Positions 1 through 14,794 of a DNA stretch of 64,000 nt are shown piece by piece; position 1 is the stretch's first letter, and each line of letters begins with the position of its first letter. The position numbers were made by a program, and so were the translations under genes. The notes beneath the pieces were generated by a model. It was not told the DNA's origin and made no database searches. It was given only the letters and a program-made list of their open reading frames with translations. Source of the stretch: Octopus sinensis (Eukaryota); the NCBI RefSeq assembly GCF_006345805.1, contig NC_042997.1, forward strand, positions 52,762,001-52,826,000. The letters are read 5' to 3'.

Positions 1-156
1 GTTTAGCAACGAGTTGCCTTACCACATACCGAATTTAGAAATAGCAGTCAAAGGGTTATAGCTATTTCTTCTACTAAAAAGGGAGATCTCATAAAAACAG
101 CATTGGAAGGCAGACACAAACAGGTAAGAGAGAATGAATTGACTGCAATCTATCAT

Positions 157-200
<44 letters not shown>

Positions 201-381
201 GTATGTATGTATGTATGTATATATATATATTATATAAATATATGCGTCCATGCATACATACATTCATACATATATACATACATACACACACATACACATT
301 TATATATAGGTAAGGAGCAAATGTTTATGCTGTAAGCTCTTACTTATTGTATTTAATCTAAATAAAGCATAAATACAATAT

Positions 382-673
382 GGAGGCGCAATGGCCCAGT
401 GGTTAGGGCAGCGGACTCGCGCTCGGAGGATCATCCAGACCGGGTGTTGTGAGTGTTAATTGAGCGAAAACACCTAAAGCTCCACGAGGCTCCGGCAGGG
501 GGTGGTGGCGACCCCTCTTGTACTCTTTCGCCCTAACTTTCACTCTTTCTTCCTGTTTCTTGAGTAACGTTGCGATGGACTGGCGTCCCGTCCAGCTGGG
601 GGGGGGGGGCGCATATACCATAGAAACCGGGAAACCGGGCCCATGAGCCTGGCTAGGCTTGAAAAGAGCGCAT
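382..673 (+). mobile_element. tRNA-derived SINE (family B tail, alternative head)
   Basis: A-box-like TGGCCCAGTGG at the 5' end. The 3' module gagtaacg..gatggactggcgtcccgtccag..ggcccatgagcctggctaggctt is shared with 2464-2712. Confidence 0.8.
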
Positions 674-1098
674 AAATAAATATATAATACAATATATATT
701 GTGCTAATACATAAAATAAAATTACTAAATTATATATTAAAGAGTATATAAGTTTTTCTTCCCTCGTTAGCTTTTCATCTTCCCTAGACGGACAAAATAA
801 AATATCTCTTAAGTAATGGTGTCAATAAAATCACCAACATTTGTATCAAACAATAAGTCATCAACATCACTATCAAACATAGAATACTAAATTAATAATT
901 ATTCTTACATTGACTTGGAACTCAAGGTCAAAACACAAGACAGTTTCAGTTAATGCCTGAGGCTATAGGCTGCTGGGAAATTATTGACTTTTTTCGAGAA
1001 AGTAGCCATCTAAAACACACACACGAGCACATGTCTATTGTTATTTCTTGCAAGTACTGTATGCTATTATAGTGTATGTTATAAAATATGTTTTATTT

Positions 1099-1475
1099 GG
1101 CGTGGCTGTATGGTAAGAAGCTTGCCAACCATGTGGTTCCGGGTTCAGTCCCACTGCGTGGCATGTTGGATAAGTGTCTTCTACTACAGCCTCGGGCCGA
1201 CCAAAGCCTTGTGAGTGGATTTAGTAGACGGAAACTGAAAGAAGCTCGTCGTATTATGTGTGTGTACATATATCTGTGTGTGTCTGTGTTTGTCCTCCGC
1301 CATTCCTTGACAACCGATGCTGATGTGTTTATGTCCCTATAACTTAGCAGTTCGGCAAAAAGGACTGATTGAGTAAATATTAGGCTTACAAAGAATAAGT
1401 CCTGGGGTTGAGTTTTTCGACTAGAACCCTTTAAGGCGGTGCTCTAGCATGGTCGTAGGCAAATGACTGAAACAA
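1099..1475 (+). mobile_element. tRNA-derived SINE family C, diverged copy
   Basis: Matches copies at 9700, 18527, 19756 and 23222. A box tggctgtatgg, B box ggttcagtccc, internal (TG)n tract. Confidence 0.85.
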
Positions 1476-2463
1476 AAATATATATCTACAATTTGGTGGC
1501 AGTGACACTTTATAGTATATTGAAAGTCACTTATAATTACAGATGTTGTCAAACGGTTGTTATTAGGAAAATTTGTGACTCCTTAACCCGTTCAGGAAGT
1601 TGTCATATACTCTTCTTAATGTCATCAGCCGGTTTCTTCGCTTTGTGATCACAATAAACGACTTCTATCGTATATTATGATACTACCAAGAAATAACATA
1701 AAAGTGAATATAACGGAGTGTGTCAAACGATTATCATATCTGCTTCACTGTGAAATTATTTCAATTTCAAGTCAAGCTCAAGTCTTTGTGTATGTACGTC
1801 TAAAATACACTTCATAAATATTCTTCTAGTATAAATATTGTTCTAGTAAAACTGAAAGTGCAGTTGGCTCAAATGCAACAAAGCTATCAGCAGTTTGCAT
1901 CTGGTCACCAGTGCTACTTTCAACTATGCGAGACATAAATGCTAACGTTTTGAGCAAGATATCACTTTTCTGAAGAATGGCTTTGTTCGAAAAATCAGAA
2001 CTGACGTCTCTTCATGCCATACGAATTTTGAAGGCTTTAAGTAGTCTTTTTTTTTTACTTACAGTAAAGTTCTTACAATAAAGCTACCTACGTTTGACCG
2101 GCTTTCTATCTTCAGGGAGATCGTTTCTCAGCCGCTTAACGCTGTGAAATCCGAAAATAAGAATACACTCTACAAATTCTTGATTCGAAAAGAATTAACG
2201 AAGGAAACCGAGCCGCATAACAGTTTTGTGTAGGAAATGAATTTACTTATACATGATTATGTACATTTTATCGTACATCTCAATAGCTGTCTATTACAAA
2301 CGTTTATCCTTGTACGACTTTATATAGACACTAAACCTTTATTGCAACTGAACCTATTTCATTCTCCAGGGTCAGTTTTGTATCCCTCTCTTTGATGACG
2401 ATGTAATGCTGTGAAACTTTATAGATTTATTCATCGTTATTTCAGGGATTTATCTCCGCTAGC

Positions 2464-2712
2464 GTGGAGACGCGTGGTTTAGTGGTTAGAGTGTCAGCGT
2501 CATGATCGTAAGATTGTGGTTTCGATTCCTGGACCGGGCGACGTGTTGTGTTCTTGAGCAAAACACTTCATTTCACGTTGATCCACTCCACTCAGCAGGC
2601 AAAAATGAGTAACGCTACGATGGACTGGCGTCCCGTCCAGCAGGGGAACACATACGCCATTGAAACTGGGAAACCGGGCCCATGAGCCTGGCTAGGCTTT
2701 AAAAGGGCGCAT
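2464..2712 (+). mobile_element. tRNA-derived SINE family B with CORE-like middle
   Basis: A box TGGTTTAGTGG, B box GGTTTCGATTCC, CORE-like gtgttcttgagcaaaacactt. Partial copy at about 21470-21605. Confidence 0.8.
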
Positions 2713-3859
2713 TTATTTTTTTATTTTATCTCCGCTACCAATATAAACAGGAGTGTATTTTGCACTAAAAGCCAATATGAGAGTTTCTCTCGTGATATCT
2801 ACTACAGTATAATTTGTTCTAACAGAACATCCACGTTTAAGTGGAGTTAAAAATAAGCGTTGTCATTGAGTTCCAAAGATACCGAAAACTGCGGCCAATC
2901 TGCTGAACCATAGAATAGTGATGGTCTGCGTTGGCAAATAGTAGAGTACAAAAATTTCACGTAATGGAGTAAATTAGTTCGCTGTAAGGAAGCGGAGAAG
3001 TTTGACGTTTCAAGTTGAACCTTTCATAAAAAGGGCGGCCGGCTCCTTCAATGGTAGAAACTTACTCCAAAATGTTAACATCAGACTGTTCCTCTTCCTT
3101 TATTTAACTTTGTGAATATTTTGTACTAAATGTTTGTCTTGTATACTGGCGTCCTTTTCAACTATAAAAACAAAAAACAAAAAATGCTGTAGGAGTGGTT
3201 GGTGTAGCTAATGCGAAATTTGAAAATATAGAGATTAGAATTTTGCGAGACCACATAAAAAAGTTTCACAAAAGCGCTAGGAACTAAACAAAATATATAC
3301 AAGAAGAGCAGTCTAGCAAGTGCAACATGGAGGGTCTGGAATTCCTTATACTTTAAACAGAAATAGGCAACAACGGAAAATTTTTCGGGTGATTAACACA
3401 AACTATGAAGGTTTTGTACAATTTTTTAATAACTTATAATAAAGTTCGTAAATCCGATTATATTTGTATGCCATGGAGAGACGTGAATGCTAACGTTTTG
3501 AGCAAACTTTCTTCTAAGAAAAGCTTTGCTTGAAAAATCATCAATATCGTCTCTTCACAGCATAAAAACTTAATGAAATTGGTAAATTTTATTCGATTGT
3601 TTTTGCCGAAGGAGATAACTGCTAGTTTTATTTTCTGTCTCTGAGTTTTATCACTTTTACCTTTTAAATAATTTACGGAGAGTACTACCGATTTACGACT
3701 AAATGACTGTTAACTCCAAGGAAATTGTAGCACTAGTAATCACTTTACATACTAAAATATGTTAAGTAGTTGACACGAATACTTTCTAACTTATAAAATA
3801 TACAACTCGTAAAAAGATGAAAGCTTATGCGCTCGCGATGAGCAGAAAGGGAACTTTTA

Positions 3860-4032
3860 TATGCTCGTTCAGTCTGCAAGAAATAGCAGCTAAGTCTCGC
3901 GCAAATAATACACTATCTTTAAAAAATGCTCATTGGACACTTAGTTACTGTCTAAAAAATGGGACGGTCACGGATGAAATTGCTTAGGCCATATGTCTCT
4001 CGATCAGTGCCGACCTGGGCTAAACAACAAAA
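3860..4032 (+). repeat. Interspersed repeat family E (agaaatagcagc...gacctgggctaaacaacaa)
   Basis: Diverged copies at about 14700-15010 (+), 24010-24240 (-), 55960-56900 (-, split by a SINE), 59365-59555 (-) and 60230-60330 (+). Ends in an (AAC)-like tail. Confidence 0.6.
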
Positions 4033-4741
4033 CCTGATGGAACATGTTAATTATAGTCAATTTTACTCTTCTACCTCACATCAAAGCTACAGTGGAGCCT
4101 AATCAATAGTTCAGTACGTCCAGTTAATGTATCTACAGTTTATTATACACTCAAATCAACTCGAATGATCATCGTCTCACCGCTACCTCTTTCTTTACTG
4201 CACTAAATGGTGTATTTCTCGTTAATTCAGAGGTTTATTGAGAAATCAATGAATGTATTCATTCATGCACACATCTCTTCTCTAATACATTCTATATTTG
4301 TTTTCTACACTGAATCATAGCAAGGTGCATGTTGAATGCTTATTGGAAACAAGATCAAAGCGGAGCGACATCTCATCTTAATAGTCTCTACTTTTGTTGT
4401 AAGAACGTAGAGAAAAGAGAAATAAAAGTAAAAGATTGAGAAGCAACAAAATAACTGAAATCTTTGGGGTAGAAATTAACAATTAAATACAACCAGAAAT
4501 ATCCATTCCACTAAAACAAAAGTTTTACAATTGTAAGATTTTTCTCTTCATGCTTGCATTAGAAAACACAGTGTTTTTATCCTGTAAAGTATCGCATATA
4601 TTTTTCACTTATATTTAATACCATTGAGGCATATTTCAATATAAAGATGGAAGTTTATATAGATACTGACAGAGATCTACAACGAGACTCAAATAAAGAT
4701 GGTAATCGAAATAATTACAACAAACAACAACAATGATAATT

Positions 4742-4948
4742 TCAAATTTTGGCACAAGGCCAGCAAGTTCAGAAGGGGTAGATCGATTACATCGACCCCA
4801 ATGTTCAACAAGTACTTATTTTATCTATCCCGTAAGTATGAAAGGCAATGCCGACCTCGGCGGAATTTAAAACTCAGAACGTAAGGACAGACGAAATACC
4901 GCTAATCATTTTGCCCGGCGTGTTAACGATTCTGCCAGCACCCCACCT
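4742..4948 (-). mobile_element. tRNA-derived SINE family D
   Basis: Reverse complement of the ggcgagctggcaga..gttctgagttcaaattccgccgaggtcgac family. Further copies near 6908, 10281, 10530, 25405, 27310, 27500, 31172, 32190, 41420, 51020, 54005, 55120 and 55370. Confidence 0.85.
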
Positions 4949-5009
4949 TCTGTCTTTCTTCCCCATTTTTTTCTGTCTCATGACTTTGTAAATGAACAAT
5001 CTGGTGTGT

Positions 5010-5126
5010 TTATTTTAATGGCCTACCAATGTACACATTGAGTTTCTTTGCCCAAGGTGTTTCTTTACCCTGGGTGCTGGGAAGACACTCGGCAAGAAAT
5101 GGAAACAAAGTTGAAAGAAGAAGATC

Positions 5127-5183
<57 letters not shown>
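5010..5183 (+). mobile_element. Putative 3' UTR of a non-LTR retrotransposon with (AAT)n tail
   Basis: gacactcggcaagaaatggaaacaaagttgaaagaagaagatc(ata)n resembles the reverse complement of 39722-39797. Confidence 0.5.
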
Positions 5184-6475
<1,292 letters not shown>

Positions 6476-6494
6476 ATTAATATAATTTAACACA

Positions 6495-6907
6495 AACAAC
6501 GGCCTAAATGAAGTCGGAACTACAGGTGACGGACTTTCGCCGGCAGGTGCCCTGTGGGTGAGCATCGTAGGCCCAGTCGTCATTATACGGCTGCTAGAGC
6601 AAAATGGACTAAGATGATGAATATAGGTGTCATAGAAAGTTATGTCAAAGAAATTGGAATTGACATGAAAGCAGAGCAAGATCCCTCCCCAAAACTACTC
6701 TGCTGGGGACAGCTTGAATTTTGAGAGTGATACTTGGATGTTGACTGTCTGCCACGGTAATTAACAACTAAGTATCATAGCTTATATGTGCGGAAAGAGA
6801 ACCTGTGAGAACTCTGATGGCAGGCTGCTATCCGCTCTCACTGAATCTACCAGAACAAACAAGAGCGAAGGTTCTGAGAAGTAAAACAACAATAATAATA
6901 ATAATAA
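6495..6907 (+). mobile_element. R4-type N-terminal remnant plus an unrelated 3' UTR with (AAT)n tail
   Basis: RAKWTKMMNIGVIESY resembles the N-terminal motif also seen near 39540. Sequence from about 6735 ends in aacaacaat(aat)n. Confidence 0.5.
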
Positions 6908-7122
6908 TCCTTTCTACTAAAAGCACAAGGCCTGAAATTTTGGGGGAGAGGACTAGTCGATTATATCGACCCCAGTGTTTCACTGGTACTTAATTTATTG
7001 AACTTGAAAGGATGAAAGGCAAAGTCGACCTCGGGGAATTTGAATCAAAGAACGTAATGGCGGACGAAATGCTGCTAATCATTTTGCCTGGCGTGCTAAC
7101 GATCCTGCCAGCTCGCCGTCTT
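6908..7122 (-). mobile_element. SINE family D
   Basis: Full-length reverse copy. Its 3' end shares the (AAT)n tract at 6886-6907. Confidence 0.85.
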
Positions 7123-7127
7123 AACAA

Positions 7128-7226
7128 ACGACAGTACATAACCAAGGCACACAGAGCTGCGCTTGGTAGTGCAGTGAAAGCACATGATAAGAATAAGACT
7201 ACCGAATAATAATAATAATAATAATG

Positions 7227-7292
<66 letters not shown>
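7128..7292 (+). mobile_element. R4/Dong-type 3' UTR with (AAT)n tail
   Basis: ccaaggcacacagagctgcgcttggtagtgcagtgaaagcac is a close match to 5600-5645. Confidence 0.8.
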
Positions 7293-7293
<1 letters not shown>

Positions 7294-8369
7294 ACGAAAA
7301 CAAATAAAGGTCAGCGCAAACATATGTATGATTTCTTCGAGATTTATTTACCATGTTTTCTGGCGTGTAATATGCGCTTTTTTTCTTTTTAAATGTATCA
7401 AAAAAATTGCCCTGCGTCTAATGCAACAGTGTTATAAATAGGAAACTGAATGTCCTAAGCTAGGGAGCCGGATGAGAGCATAAGTCCGCTGGGGACAATA
7501 ATTGTTACTCATAATAAAATATTAGATGCAAGACAAATTATCATAAACTGTTAGCACAAACATGTGGTACGTCGGCAGTAATGTAAGTCACATCAGCTCA
7601 TTGCACCTCTTTCCCTAGTATGCGTAACCACACTTAATACGTATCTTACAGTATTTCATAACTGTGTTGCCTTTAAGAAACATTTTTAAATATGTAAATG
7701 AAATATTTTCTTAAAAAAATGAAAACAATATTAAATTTCCGCCTGTCAGTTATTTGCAATGAGTGGACGACAACAAAATCACAGCGGTGGTGCGTCACCC
7801 TGGTGTTCAATAGCAGTTATATAAAACATCATAACCAAAAATACAAGTTTTCTATCTTGTATGGCAATTATCTTGACCAAAATATAAACAACTATACAGC
7901 TGATCAGAAAGAAGATAAGGTTGAAATGCGGTACTCCTATAACAAAGTTTATTTATCACGAATTTATTGTTTCACACTTTATTTCAGTATGCTGTCACAA
8001 CATTTACCTGTACAAAATTATATATTGTTCTTTCCAAAGCCACTTAAAAATGCATTTCAATAAGTGTATGGCGAAACATATTAAATTTGTTTTTTCTACA
8101 AAATATACTTGTAAAATAGAGGTGTGTCTTATGCGAGAGTGTATTTTATTTGCCAAAGCTAGTGACTAAAAAAATTGTTAAGTAACTTTTTGTCAAGACA
8201 GTTCCTTGGATCTGTGAATAATATTTGAGCAAACATATGTATGCATGCCTTTGTATGTGTGGATATTCTTGTACTCATGTTATTAGTGTACATGTCTTTT
8301 TATGTTTGTGTTCTTGTGTATGTTTTACGTACACGTGATTGCATGTATATGTTTATTCCAGGACACTCA

Positions 8370-9050
8370 AATGGAGAATCTTTGAAATGTTTGACAAATT
8401 CTTGTCTCTAACACCAATTGGTTTTGTTCCTTCCAACATTTCTAAGCTTTCGTGCATTTCTGATTTATAATCTATCATTTTGCATCTATAATTCTACTTC
8501 TTCTTCAAGCGGCCTCAACCAGGATGCATTTCATCCGCTACTCCAGGAAACTTTGACCTCCATTAGCTTTGGTAGGTCCTAAATTACATGTATTTCTCAA
8601 GCAATAACCTTAATAAAGATGAGTGGTCTTCATACTGTACCAAGATGTAGATGTCTCTTTAACATAGATTTTGTTAGTGTCATTATTTGCATGCAGAAGT
8701 TACCAGTAGGGACCAGTGTCTTTCTGCTTTTGATGTCTAAGTTGTGGATCTCTTCAACTGCTCTGGTACTGCTGAAGTGTCAAGAGATATGGTCGTATTG
8801 AATGCAGAATGCTATAATTTCCGTACCTTCTGCAATCTTTTGAAGTATTCCTTTGTCATTCTAACTATGTTCCAAGCTTGCATACTTGTTTGCATACGAA
8901 GATGCATCATCTCTTGAGACCTATTCTCAATAACTGCTCAACTGACATCTTTCAATATGCAATTATTTCATATGCAGCTTCTTAGAGAAATCAATATTTC
9001 TGTGCTAGATCTTATTGAACAAATCCTATTGCAATATTTTTAATTGGTGA
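8370..9050 (-). mobile_element. Decayed RT C-terminal region of an RLE-type non-LTR retrotransposon
   Basis: Minus-strand remnants VEEIHNLDIKSRKTL..TGNF and PTKANGGQSFL resemble the DRKTRKIL..HP..DRLYLPRKEGGRGL block. Many stops and frameshifts. Confidence 0.6.
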
Positions 9051-9299
9051 TATAACATTTTAACGTTTGAAACACCGTCCAAATGACGGATATCTTTTCA
9101 ATGGTGCTTCGTATATCATGTAAACCAAAATGCAAAAATAATATATATTCATGAAAAATTTAACGACCCGGCCACAACAGGAGAAATTAAAGTTCAGATG
9201 GGAAGGAAATTCGTACTTTTATTGTTATTAGATGCAAATGTTCATAGATTAATAAGAGCTTTTGAATACATAATATAACAGCGCAACTGATAAGGTTCT

Positions 9300-9650
9300 T
9301 GATATATGAAATAAAGTTAAGAATCCTTGGATAAATAAAAATTGTTTCAAGAAGTCTAAAACAGAAAAGATACAGAAACAAAATAGTATGAATGAGATAT
9401 ATATTGGCAAATAAAAAAAGGAAATTAGGGTAGCAAAAGATAAATGGGTGAGCGAAAGCTGTAAAGAGAAATCACAGGGCAAATAACTTGAAGACATACC
9501 AAAATAGTAAAAGATTGACCTAAAGAGTGGGTATCTAAATGTCAAGTTGTTGAAGATAAACAAGACAACCTACTAACCAAAATATATGAAGTGACTGATA
9601 GACAAAGAGAAAAGTGTTAGAAACTTTATAAATACAAGGCAAAGGTAGAA
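9300..9650 (+). mobile_element. Decayed RTE-clade LINE ORF middle fragment
   Basis: KNPWI..EIRVAKDKWVSESCKE..NLKTYQ..VVEDKQDNLLTK.. pattern typical of the RTE EN-RT linker. Confidence 0.55.
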
Positions 9651-9699
9651 AGTAATGTACTAAAGCAATTAAGAAAAGAAATTTCCTTTAACAAAATCA

Positions 9700-10105
9700 G
9701 GCGCAGGAGTGGCTGTGTGGTAAGTAGCTTGCTTACCAACCACATGGTTCTGGGTTCAGTCCCACTGCGTGGCATCTTGGGCAAGTGTCTTCTGCTATAG
9801 CCTCGGGCCGACCAAAGCCTTGTGAGTGGATTTGGTAGACGGAAACTGAAAGAAGCCTGTCGTATATATGTATATATGTGTGTGTATGTGTTTGTGTGTC
9901 TGTGTTTGTCCCCCTAGCATTGCTTGACAACCGATGTTGGTGTGTTTACGTCCCCGTCACTTAGCGGTTCGGCAAAAGAGACCGATAGAATAAGTACTGG
10001 GCTTACAAAGAATAAGTCCCGGGGTCGATTTGCTCGACTAAAGGTGGTGCTCCAGCATGGCCGCAGTCAAATGACTGAAACAAGTAAAAGAGTAAAAGAG
10101 TAAAG
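9700..10105 (+). mobile_element. SINE family C, full length
   Basis: ggcgcaggagtggctgtgtggtaag head with A/B boxes and (GAGTAAAA)-like tail. Confidence 0.9.
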
Positions 10106-10280
10106 AGTTATAAATTAAAATATACTCATTAAGGTTGATCATTTTCATCTTAGAATAAGACTCATGTACCATTTACAGATGTTGATTATATTATGAATTG
10201 AGCTTATGATTAGAAATGTTACTACGATGAACCACATAATCAACAACTTCTTGTGACATGGATGATTAGTTTTAATATTG

Positions 10281-10716
10281 GTTTCAAATTTTGGCACAAG
10301 GCCAGCAACTTCGGGGAAGAAGGCAGGTCGATTACGTCGATCCCAGTGCTCAACTGGTACTTATTTCATCGACCTCGAAAGGATGAAAGGCAAAGTCGAC
10401 CCGGTGACTTGTGAGTTCAGAACATAAAGACGGACGAAATGCTGCTAAGCATTTTGCCCGACGTCCAAACGATTTTGTCAGCTCGCCACCTTCTGTATAG
10501 TCTTGATATTGATTTCATAATTTGTCACTATTATTTCGTGGGGAGTGGTAAGTCGATTAAATTGACCTAGTGCTCAGCTAGTACTTATTTTATTGACCCC
10601 GAAAGGATGAAAGGCAGAGTCGACCTCGCTGGAATTTGAACATAGAACGTAATGACAGACCAAATGCCACTAAGCATTTAGCCCGATGTGCTAACAATGA
10701 TGCCAGCTCGATGCCT
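10281..10716 (-). mobile_element. Two adjacent diverged SINE family D copies
   Basis: Two reverse copies at about 10281-10492 and 10530-10716. Confidence 0.8.
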
Positions 10717-11319
10717 TGTATAGTTTTAATATTTAAATCAAATCATACCGATGTTAAATTTGCTTTTCAACCTTCTGTTGCCGATAATAGCGGTACCAGT
10801 TAAGTATTCAGTTCAATCTGGTTAACTGTACCACTTTCCAAGTAAGGGATATTACGCCTGTATTACAAATCAATAAAACGCAGAAAAATGTTTCAGAAAG
10901 AATCAAGATTTCAAGCTTTTAAAATTTATTCATGCTCACAGTAGTTTTTAACACTAAATTCGTATTTAGCAGAAAAGTTTTGTAAATGTTACATCCTGTA
11001 AAACCTATATCCAAAGTCTCACATATATATGGTTTACGCACATACCTGTGAACGCATATACAAGATTACTAATATATTTTTGTATTCACTACATCAACAG
11101 TGAGAAGTATTCTATGCTCGAAACAACTGTGTTGGACATTACTGGCATTACTTGGTGAAATAGAAAAATTGGATATGTATTGATAAATACAAAACTTTAC
11201 GTCGGTTTACGTTGAATGTCGTTAAAAAATATCTAAGCGAATCTAATTAATCTCAAGTATCAAAGAATTGATTGTTGATTACAAAATGCCCTCAAGATAT
11301 ATGCATACATACACAGTCA

Positions 11320-11346
11320 CACAGACACAGGCACATAGACACAGGC

Positions 11347-11418
<72 letters not shown>

Positions 11419-11723
11419 GTACACTTAAACAATTCCGTATATCCCATTTATCCAAACAATACTTCCACATATTCAGCATCTCTCCTTTCAGTGCTTCCCT
11501 CACCCTTTATCTCTCTCTCTCTCTCATATGTGTGTGTGTGTGCTTGTGTGTTTGCATGTATGTATATACATACACACAAACACACACACATACGTATGCA
11601 TACACACGCATACATACACACATACACACTGTTAAATTAAAATGGCTTCTGGGAAAAATTTGATTCGTCTATATATCTATGTGTGTGGGTATATATGAAT
11701 GAATATGCATATATGTGTAAATG

Positions 11724-11779
<56 letters not shown>

Positions 11780-11830
11780 GCAAATATAAACACACGCATA
11801 CATACACATACCCTGGCAAACTATAATGAA
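11320..11830. repeat. Compound (CA)n/(CT)n/(TG)n/(TA)n microsatellite cluster
   Basis: Read directly from the sequence. Confidence 0.9.
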
Positions 11831-13384
11831 GATGGCGTCTGACAAAAATTTGATTCGTGTATGTGTGTGCCTGAGTGTTTATGCATATACGCGTAAGTGT
11901 ATGTGTGTATTTATATAAATATATGTCTCTGTATAGTGCGAGAGTAAAATTACTATGACATCCACACTACTTAATTTTTTTTATGTATTTATTTATTTAT
12001 TTATTTATTTTCAGTTGTATCTGTCTATTACTGAAAAATCTGAAATTGCTGAATTGATAAGAAATTAATTGAAATTTAGAAAGGAAACTGAATTTCTGTT
12101 TTTCTAATAAGTGATATGTATACAGAGAGAAGGAAAAGTGGATCGTATTGAAAGAGTTGTTGAGCTGTCTTGGTGGTTTTATCGTGGCGGTGGATTTGGG
12201 GCTGATGTAGACTTCGATAGTAACAGTGGTTGTTTTTCTGCCAGCAGATTTGTGGGGAGTGTTAATGTGATAGAGATTTTGGTAATGGGGATATTGAAGT
12301 TTTCAGTGGTGGCTGCAGTGATATCGTTAGTCGTGACAGTGATGAGAATGTGGTAGTAGTTGTGGTGAAGGTACTAATAGTTCTAGTAATGGCATTAGAA
12401 ACGTTAATAGTGGCTGCTGTGAGAGGTTAGTGATGGTAGAGGTACTTTTAATGAAGTGTTAATGATAACGACTTGGGCTCTTCTGTTGATGGTTTTAACG
12501 AGGATTTTCGTACTACTGCCAGTAGTAACATAATTGAAATGTTTGGGCGTTTCCACAATGGTATAATGGTTCTTTAGTTGGAGTGAAAAATTGGAATGCA
12601 GCCAATACCACGAAGAAATATTTGTAAGGGATATGAATATGGGAAAATAAAAGCAGGCGGGGAAGAAATCAACGGATGAAAAGTGAACGAAGCAAATTGA
12701 AGAGATATGTACTGTACTGCTCAATGACATATTATTATATTTATTATAGGCTTAAAAGTTTAAGAACCAAAATAAAACTCCTGAAATTCTTGTATTAAGA
12801 TTAATGATAAGAGTATGCAACTTATACAGCAAAGATAACTTTTAAAATCATTATGAATGTTTCTGTAGCTCTAGATAAATCCTTGTAGTGAGAGAGGTAC
12901 CAAAAATTTCATTATTTGATTATTATTTGACGCTAACATCTATGTTTTCACGACTGCCTGCAGATTTGTTTTCATGGAAAAATGGTGGATTTATTGGATT
13001 CTGTGAGTAGAAGCATTTGAAAAGTGAATCCAGTGAAACAGCAAAAACGTAGGTAGCAAGTTTAGTTTTAAAGTAGATTTGAAGAAAAGAAACTTTTTCT
13101 CATTATACAATGCCATTTGCTATGTGAAGAGTGTAAATATTATTTTTCCATCTACTAAAGATTTTTAAAGAAAGATTTGTGAGCAGCGTCTTAGATTTGT
13201 AATTTCCCTGACACTTCTGGTACAGGTTAAAGTATTTGCCCTTTTAAATTAGTTGTATCAGTTAGTTTTTGCTTCTAGCCATATCCCTAGCAGATCCACC
13301 CCCTTAATTTATCTTTTAACCCTAAACTCAATATTTACTCGGTCTTCACAATTCATTTCCGAACAGAGTCATCCAATTATTGAC

Positions 13385-13385
<1 letters not shown>

Positions 13386-13462
<77 letters not shown>
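13386..13462. repeat. (AG)n microsatellite
   Basis: Perfect dinucleotide run. Confidence 0.95.
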
Positions 13463-13464
<2 letters not shown>

Positions 13465-14794
13465 CTATTCACATCCTGTGTTGTACAACAATCTTCACCT
13501 GTTGACATCTTCTGGAACTCAAGTTAACTGATATAGCAAAACTGCCAGTTCTTCCCTGACTCTTTTTCGTAAAATTGTTTCTAATGATTGATGTGTCCAA
13601 GCTATATTCCTCTACATGTCCACCAACCCTGAATGCACACCAAAACGGCTCTTCCAGATTTCTTTCCCCAGCCCCCGCCTCACTTTTGCGTGTACACAAT
13701 GACAGACACTGAAATCTTTTGAGGTCACTGTAACTCAAAAAAAAACTATCAACCCAAATAGTATTTCTGCTATTTGCATCGAACAGTATACTATGAGTTA
13801 GTTCCTATAATCACCGAACTTTAGCTTACCACCCGAAGAAAAGTAACCTCTTCTGACTCAGTCAACAACCGGCCAGTCATTCTCACTTCTTGTATCTCAG
13901 GCATGTGGAACGCTCATAACCATATTTGTTATTACCTTCAGTCTATTTTTCTCCTTAGTTATCATCATATTCGCCTCTCTTCTTCCCTAACGTATTTTAT
14001 CCTTCTTTTAAACACCCTCACAATCATTCATGTCCGGATTGCTGTCACTTGAAACACCCACTCTGACCATGTCTTCCAATCAATCAGCACCCTACAAAAA
14101 TTGAAGTGAAACACCAGTTGCATCGATCTCATGGAACTGGAAAGGCTTGAAAAGGCTATTGACGTTAAATATGAGAGACTAAATAAGAAAAAGAAAAAAA
14201 GGCCTACGTTTTTTCTTTGATGATTAAGAATTGAAGACAGGGATATAATGAATAGTTGAATTTCATTTAAAGTTGTTCCTATACAGAGAAGACAGCAGGT
14301 ACTATTTGGCAATATATTTTCTGTTCATGATTAGTGAAATAACCAAATAGTTTGTGGTAAACTTTGAGAATACTTAACTATACCATAGATGATGATTATG
14401 AGTCATTTGTCGAAAGTAGCAAAAGACTTTTGGTAGAAACATTTCAGTACAATTCAAACTTGATAAGAAGATGCTGAGGACATTTAGATGAGTTAGATGG
14501 GTGGTTAGAGAAATGAGCAACTTCTGTCTGTAAATGTACAACATAACTAAAGTTTAGGGTCCCCACCTCAAAAAAAAAAAAAAATTATGCCACTGAACCA
14601 GGCATCTCATTCGATCTGCCAAGAACTAACTGCTGTACTACAATGCCAGCCATCACGGTACACAATAAAAGGTAATAGCAATGAGCTAAGGGAGATACCC
14701 CACACGTTCATTTCGCTCGGGCAACTAGAAATAGCAGCTAAATATTTATATTCTCCTAAAAAGGAAAGACATAACGGGTAATGTATTTCACTAC

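Noticed and set aside
13460-14200. Possible decayed retroelement or exon after the (AG)n tract
   Set aside because: No recognisable motif in any frame that I could support.
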